Shown here: positions 49,506 to 59,617 of the stretch, one piece after another
Layout of the letters: every line of letters starts with the position of its first letter
Numbering within the stretch: position 1 is the stretch's first letter
Assembly (NCBI GenBank): GCA_963695545.1
Contig: OY968796.1
Span: 1,504,001-1,568,000 of the forward strand
Length of the DNA stretch: 64,000 nt
Origin: Terriglobia bacterium
Lineage (GTDB): Bacteria > Acidobacteriota > Terriglobia > Acidiferrales > UBA7541
Reading direction: 5' to 3'
Translations under genes and position numbers: made by a program
The notes under the pieces: generated by a model
The model's database searches: none
The model's input: only the letters and a program-made list of their open reading frames with translations
Told to the model about the DNA's origin: nothing

Positions 49506-50639
49506 ATGGAATTTCGCTTCGAGGTGTTGAAGACCGATCCCAGCGGCGCGCGCCTCGGCCGGCTGACCACGCCGCACGGCACGATTGACACGCCGGCGTT
49601 CATGCCCGTCGGCACCGCGGCGACGGTGAAGGGCCTGACGCAGCAGACGCTCGAAGAACTGGGCGTGGGCATCCTGCTGGCCAACACCTATCATCTTTAT
49701 CTGCGTCCCGGTCACGAGCTGATTGCGCGCATGGGCGGGCTGCACCGTTTCATGTCCTGGCCGGGCGCGATCCTCACCGATTCCGGCGGCTATCAAGTCT
49801 TCAGCCTCGCGAAACTCCGCAAGGTCTCGGACGAAGGCGTGCGCTTCCGCTCGCATCTCGATGGCTCCGAACACATGCTCACGCCCGAGAAGTCGATCGA
49901 AGTGCAGCAGGCGCTCGGTTCCGATATCGCCATGGTGCTCGACGAATGCATCGAATATCCCGCCGATCGCGCCCGCGCCGAACAAGCTCTGGCGCGCACG
50001 ACGGAATGGGCGCGGCGCTGTCGCGATTACGCGCGCGCGCACGCAAGCCCGACGAATCCCGGCCAGCAGCTTTTCGGCATCGTGCAAGGCGGAACGTTCG
50101 CCGATCTGCGCCGCGCGAGCGCGCGCCAGCTTGTCGACCTAGATTTTCCCGGATACGCCGTCGGCGGCCTCGCGGTTGGCGAGCCGCAAGAGATGAGCCG
50201 CGAAATGACCGCCGAAGCCACCGCGCTGCTTCCGCCGGAGCGGCCGCGCTATCTGATGGGCGTCGGTTTGCCCGAGCAGCTTCCGGATTTCGTGCGCTGC
50301 GGCGTGGATATGATGGATTGCGTTCTGCCCACACGCAACGCGCGCAACGGTTGCTTGTTCACGAGCGGCGGGCGCCTCGCGATTCGCAACGCCTGCTTCG
50401 CCGACGATGCACGCCCATTGGACGAAGCCTGCGCGTGCGCAGTTTGCGCGCGTTATTCGCGCGCGTATTTGCGACATCTGTACATGTCGGGAGAAATGCT
50501 CGGTCCGATTTTGGGCAGCCACCACAACGTCCACTTTTTTCTTGACATCATGAGTCAAATCCGCAACGCTATCGCGTTTGGGAACCTCTCAGGATTCTCC
50601 TCTGAGCTTCAGACCCGACTCGGAGCGGGCCATTCCTGA
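49506..50639 (+). CDS. tgt: tRNA-guanine transglycosylase
   Basis: TPAFMPVGT, LANTYHL, LTDSGGYQVFSL, GIVQGG, GGLAVGE, PRYLMGVG, DCVLPTRNARNG, CACAVC zinc site. Confidence 0.97.
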   Translation: MEFRFEVLKTDPSGARLGRLTTPHGTIDTPAFMPVGTAATVKGLTQQTLEELGVGILLANTYHLYLRPGHELIARMGGLHRFMSWPGAILTDSGGYQVFSLAKLRKVSDEGVRFRSHLDGSEHMLTPEKSIEVQQALGSDIAMVLDECIEYPADRARAEQALARTTEWARRCRDYARAHASPTNPGQQLFGIVQGGTFADLRRASARQLVDLDFPGYAVGGLAVGEPQEMSREMTAEATALLPPERPRYLMGVGLPEQLPDFVRCGVDMMDCVLPTRNARNGCLFTSGGRLAIRNACFADDARPLDEACACAVCARYSRAYLRHLYMSGEMLGPILGSHHNVHFFLDIMSQIRNAIAFGNLSGFSSELQTRLGAGHS

Positions 50640-50723
50640 ATCGAGCGGCATCCGGCGCACTGGCCGGATGGCCCGCACAGACTCCCGGTACGTAAGGACG
50701 CGCGAATTTCACAAGGCATTTCT

Positions 50724-51068
50724 ATGACCTCGCAAATGGCAATAGCGATTCCGACGGCGCACCACTGGCTCCTTCCCGCGGGCCAATCGGCCAGCGGCTT
50801 GATTGCGTTTGCTCCGCTGCTCGTGATCATGGTTATTTTTTATGTCCTTTTGATTCTCCCCGCACAACGCCGCCAGAAGAAAACCCAGCAAATGTTGAGC
50901 GCCCTCAAGAACGGCGATAAGGTCGTCACCAATGGCGGCCTCTACGGAACGATCGTGGGCCTCGAAGACGACGCGATTCAACTTCGCATCGCCGACAATG
51001 TGAAGGTTAAGGTCGCGCGGTCGGCCATCGCCGGCGTGCAACCGGGGGAAGAGAAAAAAGAGGAGTGA
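50724..51068 (+). CDS. yajC: Preprotein translocase subunit YajC
   Basis: IFY.LLILP.QRRQK....MLS.LK.GD.VVT.GGLYGTI, V.RSAIA. Confidence 0.93.
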   Translation: MTSQMAIAIPTAHHWLLPAGQSASGLIAFAPLLVIMVIFYVLLILPAQRRQKKTQQMLSALKNGDKVVTNGGLYGTIVGLEDDAIQLRIADNVKVKVARSAIAGVQPGEEKKEE

Positions 51069-51108
51069 TCGGCCCCGGACGTTCGGTCGCGAGGCATCCC
51101 AGCCACCC

Positions 51109-52731
51109 ATGACTTCGAACCTCAGATGGAAGGCCCTGTTCATCCTGCTCGTGATGCTGGCGTGTATTTTCGGCCTGATTGGCATTCCGAATTCGCCAAC
51201 TTCGTGGACGGCCATCAAGGAGAATTTCGCGCAGCGCATCAAACTCGGGCTTGATCTGCAGGGCGGCACGCATTTGATCCTGCAAGTGCAGGTGCAGGAA
51301 GCCGTGAGTCTTACCACCGATCAGATTCTCGATCACCTCACCACGCAACTCCGCGAAAAATCGATTCACACCGATCAGCCTGTCAAGCAAAGCGACACGC
51401 AAATCCTGGTCCACAATGTTTCGCCCGATCAATCGAGCCCTTTCCGCGACCTCGTCACCGAAAATTTTCCCGATTGGGATGTCGCGCCCGCCCCCGGCGA
51501 ATCGAACGGCTATCTTCTGACAATCAAGCCCTCCGCAATTGCCGCCATCGACGAACAGACCATGACGCAGTCGGTCGAGACCATCGGACGCCGCATTGAT
51601 CAGCTCGGCTTGACCGAACCCGTCGTGGAAGCCTACGGCCGCGGCGAAAATGAGATTCTCGTCGAACTGCCCGGTGAGAGCGATCCGACGCGTGCCAAGG
51701 CCGTCATCCAGGCGGGCGGGCAACTCGAGCTCCGCCGCGTCGAAGATCCGAATCCCTATCCGTCCGAAGTGGAAGCGCTCGCCGCGCATGGTGGCGTGCT
51801 GCCGCCTGGAACCGAACTCGTTCCGGGTAGTTCGGGCAGTACGGATGCGGAGCAGGCCGGACAAGTCTGGTACTTGCTCGATCGCGACTCAATTATCACC
51901 GGACGCGACATTCGTAACGCCACGGCCGTGCCGAGCACTGACAATCCCGGATATTACGAAGTCTCCTTCACGCTTTCCACGGACGCTGCCCGGCGGTTTG
52001 GACCGTTCACCGAGGCCAACATTGGCCGGCCCATGGCTATCGTGCTCGATCACAAGGTTCAGTCCGCGCCGGTGATCGATGGTCGCATTGACGATTCCGG
52101 CGTGATCAGAGGCCAGTTCGGCGAGCAATCCGCCAACGATTTGGCGTTGGTGCTGCGCGCCGGAGCACTGCCGGCCTCGATTGTGTATCTGGACGAGAGC
52201 ACTGTCGGCCCCTCCCTGGGCGCGGACTCGATTCGCCACGGCGTGCAGGCTTCGATCGTAAGCCTCCTGGTGGTGCTGGTATTCATGGTGGTCTATTACA
52301 GATTGTCCGGCGTCAACGCGGTCGTCGCGTTGTTGTTCAACCTTTTGATTCTGCTCGCGGCGCTTGCGTACTTCGGCGCTGTGCTCACGCTGCCCGGAAT
52401 CGCCGGCGTGATTCTGACCATCGGCATGGGCGTCGATTCGAACGTCCTGATTTTCGAGCGCATCCGTGAAGAGCTGCGCGCGTCGAAGGCGCCGGTTTCG
52501 GCCGTGGATATCGGATTCAAGCGCGCCTTCCTGACGATCATCGATACCCACGTCACCACCATGGTTTCGGCGTTGTTCCTGGGAGTTTTCGGCTCCGGAC
52601 CCGTGCGCGGTTTTGCCGTCACGCTCGTGGTTGGCTTGGCGGCCAATCTGTTTACGTCGGTTTACGTTTCGCGCGTGATTTTTGATTGGCACCTCGCGAA
52701 GATGCCCCGTAACGGGGAGTTGAGTATCTAA
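51109..52731 (+). CDS. secD: Protein translocase subunit SecD
   Basis: LGLDLQGG, RIDQLG..EP, LR.GALPA, VGPSLG, LTLPGIAG.ILTIGMGVDSNVLIFERIREE, GPVRGFAVTL. Confidence 0.97.
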   Translation: MTSNLRWKALFILLVMLACIFGLIGIPNSPTSWTAIKENFAQRIKLGLDLQGGTHLILQVQVQEAVSLTTDQILDHLTTQLREKSIHTDQPVKQSDTQILVHNVSPDQSSPFRDLVTENFPDWDVAPAPGESNGYLLTIKPSAIAAIDEQTMTQSVETIGRRIDQLGLTEPVVEAYGRGENEILVELPGESDPTRAKAVIQAGGQLELRRVEDPNPYPSEVEALAAHGGVLPPGTELVPGSSGSTDAEQAGQVWYLLDRDSIITGRDIRNATAVPSTDNPGYYEVSFTLSTDAARRFGPFTEANIGRPMAIVLDHKVQSAPVIDGRIDDSGVIRGQFGEQSANDLALVLRAGALPASIVYLDESTVGPSLGADSIRHGVQASIVSLLVVLVFMVVYYRLSGVNAVVALLFNLLILLAALAYFGAVLTLPGIAGVILTIGMGVDSNVLIFERIREELRASKAPVSAVDIGFKRAFLTIIDTHVTTMVSALFLGVFGSGPVRGFAVTLVVGLAANLFTSVYVSRVIFDWHLAKMPRNGELSI

Positions 52732-52818
52732 GGTTTTGCAGTGGGCCGCCCGCCGAAGGCAAGGCGACGCGGGAACTAAATCACCGTAATCGGTGTCTAA
52801 TGGGATGCGACAGAAGAT

Positions 52819-54024
52819 ATGGAATTCTTTAAGCAGGTAGATCTCGACTGGATGGGCAAGACGAAGTACTTCGTCGCCCTTTCCTTGAGTCTGTTGATCA
52901 TCGGCGGAGCCTCCTGGATTCACAAGGGAAGTCTCCAGTACGGTATCGATTTCAAAGGCGGAACGCTCGTTGACGTGCTCTTTGCCGGCGCGCCGCCGAT
53001 CGACAAGATCCATCAGGGTTTGGCCCAACAGGGCCTGGGCGACAGCGAAATCGAGCCAATGCGGGAAACCTGGGCCACAAGTTCGAATGAGGTCGAGATT
53101 GGCCTCAATGAAGCAGGGGAAGGCCAGCAAGCTCTGGACTTCGGCAAGACCGCCGTTCTGAATGCCCTCCATGGTATATACGGCGCGGGCGAACCGGGAA
53201 AGAGCGATTTCAATGCCACGGGTCCAACGGAGCTGGCTGACTATTTGACGCGCAAAGATCCTCTGAATCTCGGAACGGCTGCCGGCGACAGATACACGCA
53301 ATTGGCCAAACAATTGACCGATTATCGCGATCACGATCTGCACGGATTAGTCACCGACCTGGGACAACTTGCGAGCGCCGGCGCCACTCCCGCCGTCGTG
53401 TCCGCCCTGAACGATGGTTACTATCCAGGTGACTTTGCCGTCATTCACACCGAGATCGTTGGTCCCAAAGTGGGAGCCGAGCTCCGCAGGCAGGCGATCT
53501 TGGTTACCCTCTATGCTTTGGCGGGCATGTTGGTATATATTGCGTTCCGCTTCGAGTGGGTGTACGGTGCTGCGGCTGTTCTGGCGGTCTTTCACGACGT
53601 CTTGATCACGCTGGGGCTGTTTTCGCTTCTGCACTTTGAGATTTCGCTGACGGTCATTGCGGCTTTACTGACCCTGGTGGGTTATTCGATGAACGATACG
53701 ATCGTGATCTTCGATCGTATCCGGGAAAATTTGCGGCTGATGCGGCGAGAGCCGTTCACGGCGATCGTGAATCGCTCCATCAATCAGACGCTCTCGCGAA
53801 CCATCCTGACCAGTGGTCTTACGTTTCTCACCGTGCTCGTGCTGTTCCTGATGGGCGGGCAGGTGCTGCGCAGCTTTTCTTTCGCGCTGGTCGTCGGCAT
53901 TTTGGTGGGCACATATTCGAGTTTTGGAATTGCCGCACCCCTGGTGGTGGCTTGGAACCACTGGAGGGACCAGGGAGTGGCGGTCGCCGGAACCGCAGCC
54001 GGTAACAAGGCCCGCAGGGCTTAG
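52819..54024 (+). CDS. secF: Protein translocase subunit SecF with an enlarged periplasmic domain
   Basis: GIDFKGG, VGPKVGAEL, YIAFRFE, HDV, GYSMNDTIVIFDRIREN, NQTLSRTI.TS, GTYSS. Confidence 0.96.
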   Translation: MEFFKQVDLDWMGKTKYFVALSLSLLIIGGASWIHKGSLQYGIDFKGGTLVDVLFAGAPPIDKIHQGLAQQGLGDSEIEPMRETWATSSNEVEIGLNEAGEGQQALDFGKTAVLNALHGIYGAGEPGKSDFNATGPTELADYLTRKDPLNLGTAAGDRYTQLAKQLTDYRDHDLHGLVTDLGQLASAGATPAVVSALNDGYYPGDFAVIHTEIVGPKVGAELRRQAILVTLYALAGMLVYIAFRFEWVYGAAAVLAVFHDVLITLGLFSLLHFEISLTVIAALLTLVGYSMNDTIVIFDRIRENLRLMRREPFTAIVNRSINQTLSRTILTSGLTFLTVLVLFLMGGQVLRSFSFALVVGILVGTYSSFGIAAPLVVAWNHWRDQGVAVAGTAAGNKARRA

Positions 54025-54064
54025 GCGTTGCAGGCGCCGAAGCCGTTCGGGAGGAGCGTGCGAT

Positions 54065-54808
54065 ATGTTTGACGATATGATCGAATCGACAGGCAACAGG
54101 GCCACCAGGAAGCCTTGGACCGTATTCGTGTCCTTGCTCTTCCAGGTGTTTCTCATCGGGATACTCGTCCTGATCCCTCTGATCTACACCCAGGCGCTTC
54201 CCAAGGAGTCGCTGGCGATGATGCTCACCGCGCCGCCTCCGCCCCCTCCTCCGCCCCCTCCTCCTCCCCCTGCCGCCGAGGTCAAAATTGTAAAGCCTAT
54301 GGTGCGGTTGCTGCACAACGGCGAATTGACGGCGCCGCGCGCGATTCCTAAGCAGGTCACTATGGTTAAGGAACAGGAAATGCCGCCGGATGTTGCCATG
54401 GGCGGCGTGGCCGGCGGCGTGCCAGGCGGCGTCGAAGGCGGATCCGATGGCGGCGTAATGGGTGGCATCCTGGGTGATACCGGCCCGGCCGCGCCGCCTC
54501 CTCCCAAGCAGACACCTAAGTCCGTTCGCTTGGGCGGCAACGTCATGCAGGCGAAACTGGTCAGCGAGCCGATGCCCGTGTATCCTCCGCTGGCACGGCA
54601 GGCGCGCATCCAAGGCAACGTTGTGCTGCATGCGATCATCTCGAAGGAAGGGCGCGTCGAGCAGTTGTCCGTAATTTCGGGGCACCCTCTGCTGATTCAG
54701 GCGGCGCTTGATGCCGTCCGTCAGTGGCGCTATCAACCCACCGAGTTGAACGGCGATCCTGTCGAAGTAGACACGACCATCACCGTCACGTTTACGATGG
54801 GGAATTAG
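54065..54808 (+). CDS. TonB-family energy transducer
   Basis: N-terminal TM, polyproline run, GGV.GGV.GG, C-terminal P.YPPLARQARIQG.V.L.AII..EGRV...AVRQWRY.P. Confidence 0.92.
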   Translation: MFDDMIESTGNRATRKPWTVFVSLLFQVFLIGILVLIPLIYTQALPKESLAMMLTAPPPPPPPPPPPPPAAEVKIVKPMVRLLHNGELTAPRAIPKQVTMVKEQEMPPDVAMGGVAGGVPGGVEGGSDGGVMGGILGDTGPAAPPPPKQTPKSVRLGGNVMQAKLVSEPMPVYPPLARQARIQGNVVLHAIISKEGRVEQLSVISGHPLLIQAALDAVRQWRYQPTELNGDPVEVDTTITVTFTMGN

Positions 54809-54923
54809 GGGACGCGGCAGTCGACGGCGCCGCGGCTTTGCGAATTTATCGATTTAGGGCGCGGCCGGATCTCTGTTTGGCTAGCCGCAGCCGATAGTCT
54901 TTGAAAGAAAAGGAGCAACGTCT

Positions 54924-55646
54924 ATGCTTGCAAATGCAGCGGTAATGGCAATGAACACATGGGTCCTGCAGGCCGGCAATTGGGACTTGCGGAGCATGTG
55001 GGGCACCATGAGCGACCTCGCCAGGGTCGTCGTCTTCATCCTGTTCATCATGTCGGCCTGGTCGCTCGGCGTGATGATTGACCGCGTCTTGATGTACAGC
55101 GCGGCGCGCAAGCAGTCGCGCATCTTCGTGCAGCAAGTGGCGGGCGCGCTGCGAGAGGGCAAGCTCGACGAAGCCATCTCCATCGCCGAGCGCAACAAGA
55201 AGAGCCACATTGCCAAGGTTGTGGCCACGGGCCTTTCCGAATTCCAGACCGCCTCCGCGCAGGTGTCCGACGCCGAATTGATCGAAGCCGCAAAGCGCGG
55301 TCTCGAGCGCTCGGTGGCCATCGTGCACGCCGAAATGAAGCGCGGCCTCTCGGGTCTCGCGACCATCGGCTCCACGGCGCCCTTCGTCGGACTGTTCGGC
55401 ACCGTGGTCGGCATCATCAACGCCTTCAAGGGCATCGAGAGCTCCAAAGCTTCCGGCCTCTCCGCCGTCGCCGGCGGTATTTCCGAAGCCCTGGTCACCA
55501 CCGCGCTCGGCTTGCTGGTTGCCGTGCCCGCCGTCTGGGCGTACAACTATTTCGTGAACAAGGTCGAGGCTTTCGACGTCGAGATGGACAACTCCTCGAT
55601 GGAGTTGGTCAACTACTTCATCACGCGTCGCGCCGGAAAGAAGTAG
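54924..55646 (+). CDS. MotA/TolQ/ExbB proton channel protein
   Basis: LATIGSTAPFVGLFGTV.GIINAF, GGISEALVTTALGLLVAVPAV..YN. Confidence 0.95.
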   Translation: MLANAAVMAMNTWVLQAGNWDLRSMWGTMSDLARVVVFILFIMSAWSLGVMIDRVLMYSAARKQSRIFVQQVAGALREGKLDEAISIAERNKKSHIAKVVATGLSEFQTASAQVSDAELIEAAKRGLERSVAIVHAEMKRGLSGLATIGSTAPFVGLFGTVVGIINAFKGIESSKASGLSAVAGGISEALVTTALGLLVAVPAVWAYNYFVNKVEAFDVEMDNSSMELVNYFITRRAGKK

Positions 55647-55650
55647 GCCC

Positions 55651-56100
55651 ATGGCGTACAAACCCCAAGCCGGCGCGGTGATGGCCGCGCCGAACGTCGT
55701 GCCCATGGCCGACGTCATGCTCGTGCTGCTGATCATCTTTATGGTGATCACGCCCATGCTCACGCACGGCGAAGCAGTGAACATGGCCACCGTGCAGAAC
55801 GCCACCGATATGCCCGATGCCGATAAGGACGACGCGATCATCGTCGCCGTCTCCCAGAGTGGCGATGTGTACCTCGGAACCGACAAGATCTCGCTCGGAG
55901 ATCTCACCACCAAAGTTGAGGACAAGCTCTCGAGTCGGACCGATAAAACGGTTTTCGTGCGAAGCGATGCGCGCGCCCATTACGGCGACGTGGTTGCCGT
56001 CGTGGACGCCGTGCGCTCCGCCGGCGTGGATCATATCGGTCTTTTGACCTCGCGCTCGCAACCGCAGGAAGAGGCGCCACCACCGCCTCCATCGGATTAA
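55651..56100 (+). CDS. ExbD/TolR-family protein 1
   Basis: NVVPMADVMLVLLIIFMVITPM with the conserved TM Asp; VFVRSD..A.YGDVV.V.D. Confidence 0.93.
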   Translation: MAYKPQAGAVMAAPNVVPMADVMLVLLIIFMVITPMLTHGEAVNMATVQNATDMPDADKDDAIIVAVSQSGDVYLGTDKISLGDLTTKVEDKLSSRTDKTVFVRSDARAHYGDVVAVVDAVRSAGVDHIGLLTSRSQPQEEAPPPPPSD

Positions 56101-56153
56101 CGCACGAACATAGTTTGTTTCGGCGGATGCAATCCGCCAGGAGCTGAACTGCC

Positions 56154-56585
56154 ATGGGAATGGAAGTAGGAGGAAAAAAGGGCGGGCCGATGGCTTCGAT
56201 GAACATCGTGCCGCTGATCGATATTTTGCTGGTGCTGCTGATCATTTTCATGGTCATCACGCCGCTGAATGAGCACGGGCTGGACGCGCTCGTGCCCCAG
56301 CCCCCGCCGCCGAATCAGCAGGACCAACCGACTGCCAACACCACGATCGTGGTCTCGGTGCTGGCCGACGGAAAAGTCGAAATCAACCAGGATCCGCCCA
56401 CCGATTGGGATGCGCTCGGTCCGCGTTTGACGGACATCTTCAAATTGCGCGCCGAAAAAGTGGCCTTCGTCAAAGCGGACGACTCTGTCCACTTTGCCGA
56501 CGTCGCCCGGGCCATTGACATCATGAAAGCATCCGGCATCGACTCGGTAGGCTTGATTACGGCCAAGATCCTGGCTGGCCAGTAG
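56154..56585 (+). CDS. ExbD/TolR-family protein 2
   Basis: MNIVPLIDILLVLLIIFMVITP with the conserved TM Asp; FVKAD..V.F.DVA.AID. Confidence 0.93.
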   Translation: MGMEVGGKKGGPMASMNIVPLIDILLVLLIIFMVITPLNEHGLDALVPQPPPPNQQDQPTANTTIVVSVLADGKVEINQDPPTDWDALGPRLTDIFKLRAEKVAFVKADDSVHFADVARAIDIMKASGIDSVGLITAKILAGQ

Positions 56586-56714
56586 TTGGTTGCGTTTGGA
56601 TCGGCGCCGCCCCCGTCGGAAGCTGGGAGTGCTGCGCGGCGAAAATCGACGGAAATTCTAATGACCCGTCTCGGGGAGATGCACAAAACCTTCGCACGAA
56701 TGGAACCTCGAACT

Positions 56715-57575
56715 ATGACTCCAGTCGCAAGCCGTGTGTGCTCTCGAAAGAATATGTCTGCCGCCTGGCTGATGCTGGCCGCCGCGGCGGCTCTGGTTGG
56801 CGCGGGAGGTTGCGACAAACTGAAAGCGCGCGACCTCTTGAACAAAGGCGTCGCAGCCTACCGCAACCAGCAATACGATCAGGCCGTCGAGGATTTCAAG
56901 GAAGCCAAGGACCTCGATCCCAGCCTGCTCAACGCCAGGCTTTATCTCGCTACGGCCTACGCCACTCAGTACATTCCAGGCGCGCCGTCTGACGACAATC
57001 TCCGAATGGGGCAGCAGGCCATCGCCGAGTTTCAGGACGTTCTGCAGATTGACCCGGCCAATCTCACGGCCATTGACGGTATCGGCTCCATGACGTTCCA
57101 GATGGCGGCCAGTCCATTCAATGCGGATAAACTTAAGGAAGCGGAAAGCTACCAGGAGAAGCACATCGACATTAAGCCGGACGATCCGCAACCCTATTAC
57201 TGGGTCGGCGTGATCGATTGGACCCTCGCCTATCACGCGAACGCCGAAATTCGCGCGAAGTACAATTCGGAAAATCCCAGAAAACAAATCCACGATGCGG
57301 ATCCGCTGCCGCCCGCTGTTCGTGACCAATACGCCCAGGACTACGGCCCCATGGTCGACGATGGCATCGCGAAGCTCAACAAAGCCATCGAGCTCCAACC
57401 CGATTACGATGACGCCATGGCCTATCTCAATCTTCTGCTGCGTCGCAAGGCCGACATGGTCACGAGTGACGATGAGCGCGCCGCCCTTGAAAAGCAGGCT
57501 GACGATCTGGTCGATAAGGTTAAGGAAATCAAGGAACAGAAGGCCGAAGCGGCGGCAACCGCAAATCCCGGCTAA
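56715..57575 (+). CDS. TPR lipoprotein
   Basis: Lipobox-like AGG|C followed by DKLKARDLLNKGV.AY; TPR helices (ARLYLATAYA; YDDAMAYLNLL.R). Start uncertain. Confidence 0.8.
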   Translation: MTPVASRVCSRKNMSAAWLMLAAAAALVGAGGCDKLKARDLLNKGVAAYRNQQYDQAVEDFKEAKDLDPSLLNARLYLATAYATQYIPGAPSDDNLRMGQQAIAEFQDVLQIDPANLTAIDGIGSMTFQMAASPFNADKLKEAESYQEKHIDIKPDDPQPYYWVGVIDWTLAYHANAEIRAKYNSENPRKQIHDADPLPPAVRDQYAQDYGPMVDDGIAKLNKAIELQPDYDDAMAYLNLLLRRKADMVTSDDERAALEKQADDLVDKVKEIKEQKAEAAATANPG

Positions 57576-57621
57576 CATCTGACCGCGCGCGATTCATCAC
57601 CAATTCTTCGAGGGTCTTTTC

Positions 57622-57653
57622 AAGCGGCGCCTCTCACGCGAGAGGCGCCGCTT
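57622..57653. terminator. Hairpin between convergent genes (probable terminator)
   Basis: AAGCGGCGCCTCTC-acgc-GAGAGGCGCCGCTT, a perfect 14-bp stem; no long U-tract. Confidence 0.6.
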
Positions 57654-57685
57654 CCTGTTACGGCTCGTGTCCGCGTCCGTAACTC

Positions 57686-59617
57686 TCAGCGCAGCGGAAT
57701 GTCGATCACTTCAATGGTGTTTCCCGGCACGCCATACTTCCACGGACTTGCGGTGACCACCACCTTCGACGTGATGGGGTGAATTGCGTTCGGATGCTCG
57801 ATCGTGTTCGTGGCCCAGCGTGTCGCGCCATGCAGCGTGTACATCGTCGCCTGGCCCGGCACGGCGCCTTTCAGATCGATCGTCAGCAGTTGCGATATGT
57901 CCGAAGCGTTCACCAGCTTGAGGTGCAAAATCTTATGCGACGTCGATACCGTCGCCGACCAGAAAAAGCGCGGATTCAGGTTGCTTCCCGCGGATTGCAC
58001 CGTGTGGTCGCCAATGTGCCCCGCAAAGAGTGCCTGCGCGTAATAGCTCGGCGAGCCATACGAGCTTAACGCATTGTAGCCAATCAAGTCCGTGGCCCAC
58101 TGCATTCCGCCCGGATTTACGTTGGTGAATAGCGGCGCGTAGCTGGCCATCACGATCAGATCGCTATTGCGCTCGAGACTCGTCATCCACGCGGCGTCGC
58201 CCAGCGCCGCGCCAAAATCCGGCGTCGGAGATCCGGTGCGCGTGGCCCATTCGCCCACGAAAACCTTCGGCCCGCTCGTGCGGTCCACACTGTCGTACTT
58301 GTGCACCAGCGCGAACATCTGGTCCGGCGTTTCGTAGTAATGGTCGTCCACCACGTCCGGCGCCACCGTCTTCACCGGCGTGGTCGCGATCAACTTGTAC
58401 TTCGGATACTTCGCGCGAATGGCCGTGGCGAATTGCGCGAAGCGCGCATCGTAGCTGCCCGATTTATCGAACCAATCTTCATTGCCGATCTCGATGTAGT
58501 GCAGCGGAAAGGCCGCCGGATGCCCGTCCTTCGCGCGCTCCGCGCCCCATTTCGTATCCGTGCCGCCGGTCACGTACTCGATCTCGTCGAGCGCGTCCCG
58601 CACGTACGGATCGAGATCCGCCCCCGGCGTCACATGTTCGCCGCGCAGCGAATAGCCCGCATACACCGCCAGCACCGGCTCGATCTTCAGGTCCTCGCAC
58701 CACTCCAGATATTCCAGCAAGCCCATTCCGTCGCTCGAAATATAATTCCACGGACTCCGATGCGTCGGTCGATCCACCAATGGCCCGATGGTTTTCTTCC
58801 AGTCGAATCGCTCCGCGATCGTGTCGCCTTCCAGATAATTCCCTCCCGGCAATCGTAAAAAATGCGGATGCATCGCCGCGAGCAATTCCATCAGGTCCGG
58901 GCGATTTCCATTCGCACGATTGTTGAACGTCGGCGGAAACAGCGAAACCAATTGCAAAGATATCGTGCCCGGCTGCGAGAACGTAATCTCCAGATGGTTC
59001 GTCAAGCTTGCGCCCGCATTTCCGCTCTTCATCGTGTACGCGTAGCGCTGCCAGTCGCCATCCGTCACCGGGATCGTAGCCGTCGCCAGCACCGCGCCAG
59101 TCGTATCCGAAATCAAGCGCGCATGCGCCGCGCCCACGCCCTGAGCCTTGGCATAAAACGATCCGCTGTAGGTCGTCTCCGGACGCACCGCCATCCCCCA
59201 ATAACCGGAATTCGCAACACCCGCTTCATTCCCCGCGGAGGCATCCGCAATCGTCAGCTTCATGCTCCTCCCGAGCGCCGCGCTCGGCCCCGAATCATCG
59301 GCGTCGATGCTCGCCTGCGCATCGCCGTGTGTTACGAGCGTCCAGTGCTCAAATCGCGGCCACCGGCTGCTCAGCGCGCGATTGTTCACCATCTCCGCAT
59401 AAAGCCCGCCATCGTACGAGTAATTGATCTCCTCCGTCATCAACCCATACAGCGTCGGACTAACATCCGACACGCGCGCCGTTGCATCCACAGACAGTTG
59501 CCCGCCGCTCGCCGCTGCACTCGCCCCCGCGCCGGACTGGCTGCCACTTTGCGCACTGAGCGCCGCACCACCGAAAATCAACACGGCAAGTCCCAATCCA
59601 ACCATCGCTTTGATCAC
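57686..59617 (-). CDS. Alpha-L-arabinofuranosidase (GH51), exported
   Basis: YG..TEEIN...DGGLYAE, FLR.PGGNYLEG, YIEIGNED (acid/base), VFVGEWA (nucleophile), LERNSD...MASYAPL. Confidence 0.92.
   Translation of the reverse strand: MIKAMVGLGLAVLIFGGAALSAQSGSQSGAGASAAASGGQLSVDATARVSDVSPTLYGLMTEEINYSYDGGLYAEMVNNRALSSRWPRFEHWTLVTHGDAQASIDADDSGPSAALGRSMKLTIADASAGNEAGVANSGYWGMAVRPETTYSGSFYAKAQGVGAAHARLISDTTGAVLATATIPVTDGDWQRYAYTMKSGNAGASLTNHLEITFSQPGTISLQLVSLFPPTFNNRANGNRPDLMELLAAMHPHFLRLPGGNYLEGDTIAERFDWKKTIGPLVDRPTHRSPWNYISSDGMGLLEYLEWCEDLKIEPVLAVYAGYSLRGEHVTPGADLDPYVRDALDEIEYVTGGTDTKWGAERAKDGHPAAFPLHYIEIGNEDWFDKSGSYDARFAQFATAIRAKYPKYKLIATTPVKTVAPDVVDDHYYETPDQMFALVHKYDSVDRTSGPKVFVGEWATRTGSPTPDFGAALGDAAWMTSLERNSDLIVMASYAPLFTNVNPGGMQWATDLIGYNALSSYGSPSYYAQALFAGHIGDHTVQSAGSNLNPRFFWSATVSTSHKILHLKLVNASDISQLLTIDLKGAVPGQATMYTLHGATRWATNTIEHPNAIHPITSKVVVTASPWKYGVPGNTIEVIDIPLR

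Noticed and set aside
51889..53343. 484-aa minus-strand ORF
   Set aside because: Antisense to secD/secF with no independent coding signal.
54232..54272. CCN triplet run as a contingency repeat
   Set aside because: Encodes the normal polyproline tract of TonB using mixed codons.
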